Assembly: GCA_051294905.1 (NCBI GenBank)
Contig: CM119371.1
Span: 2,606,001 to 2,670,000, forward strand
Reading direction: 5' to 3'
Source of the DNA: Botryllus schlosseri
Taxonomy: Eukaryota
DNA length: 64,000 nucleotides
Part shown: piece by piece, positions 63,038 through 64,000 of the stretch
How the letters are laid out: the number at the start of each line of letters is the position of its first letter
How positions within the stretch are numbered: the first letter of the stretch is position 1
Position numbers and translations under genes: made by a program
Notes under the pieces: model-generated
What the model was told of the DNA's origin: nothing
The model's database searches: none
The model's input: the letters and a program-made list of their open reading frames with translations, nothing else

Positions 63038-64000
63038 CTGAAAACATGATCGCATCAGTTTATCGAAGCACTAAAAAGGTAAACGCGTTAGCCAATAGCA
63101 AGGAAAAGCTATACAGTCGAGTATGCTATTTCGGACAGTTTTGTTTTGCTTCCTTTCGGCAAAAATAAGCAGAGACACTGCTTTATCCAAACTAACCGAC
63201 AAATCAATTTCCCTTTTATGGCAACCCGGTGAACCCTTACACTAATCTGAAAGCCTTTCGTGAACCCCGTATTTTTGTCAAGTCACAAAAAAACCTATCA
63301 CAAGACACTTCTAATACATTACTATAGAACTCTAATGAGTGCGGAATGACTTATGCATCAAGCTTCCGTGTTAAGAAAAACAAAACCGTTAAAACATGAT
63401 CATCACACAAAATTCACGACTGTAAATCAGTGTGACTTCTGTTGTATGAGTTGGATGTACAGAGGAACTGTATCGTGCGAAACGAGGTATGCTTGCTGTA
63501 CAGACCGTTGTCGTTCTCATGCTTATGAGACTGAGGTCTGATTTAATATGAACTGGACTTCATTCCATGTCCAAGTTTTCGCGAATTAAGTGATTCTAAT
63601 TCCAATCTAACTTTGAAAAATTGTGTAGATTCAACTCTGATTTTAATCATAATTTGAAAAAAGTCTGGTAATAATTATAATTCTAAATCTAGTATAGTTT
63701 GTAAAAAAACTGTGGGTTTTAGCCATCATTCTATTTCCAATCTGATTTCGAAAAGTTGAAAATGATCTAGTTGTTCAAATCTGGCTCATAGAACCTCTGG
63801 AGTTATCGTGTAAAACCCCGGTTAGGAATCATTGCTTCAAGATAACCTAATTAGAAAGTACGTTAATAGTTGTGATGCTGACATACCTACAACTATTTGA
63901 CACATCTAGGAAGATTGTGAGCACAAAGTCGAATTGTGCGTTGCATTTTTCAGTTTGGCCGGCTTTGCATTTTCAATCTTCGCAAGTTTCTTCCATTCTA

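Overview
Eukaryotic (animal, intron-rich, AT-rich, transposon-dense) genomic DNA. Three things dominate. (1) A minus-strand multi-exon NLR-type gene (NACHT NTPase plus degenerate LRRs), about 3.3-37 kb. My phase-consistent model has 13 coding exons (about 979 aa), no recognisable death-fold N-terminus, and what looks like a tandemly duplicated TATA/Inr promoter. (2) Introns packed with DNA transposons, including one nested stack: a Tc1/mariner-pogo-like shell holding a decayed PIF/Harbinger (Myb/SANT plus HARBI1-like transposase), a Penelope-like GIY-YIG fragment with a minimal hammerhead ribozyme, and a hAT MITE inside another hAT. (3) The most unusual feature is a 13,899-bp element (45067-58965) that is almost entirely one palindrome: two near-identical arms of about 6.78 kb around a 339-bp spacer. 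It has AGTAGTAGT...ACTACTACT termini and a perfect 6-bp target-site duplication (GGTAAT). These are Polinton/Maverick hallmarks, but no Polinton gene is recognisable. I interpret it as a non-autonomous fold-back (snap-back-like) Polinton derivative. All calls are by eye; no database searches or alignments were run.
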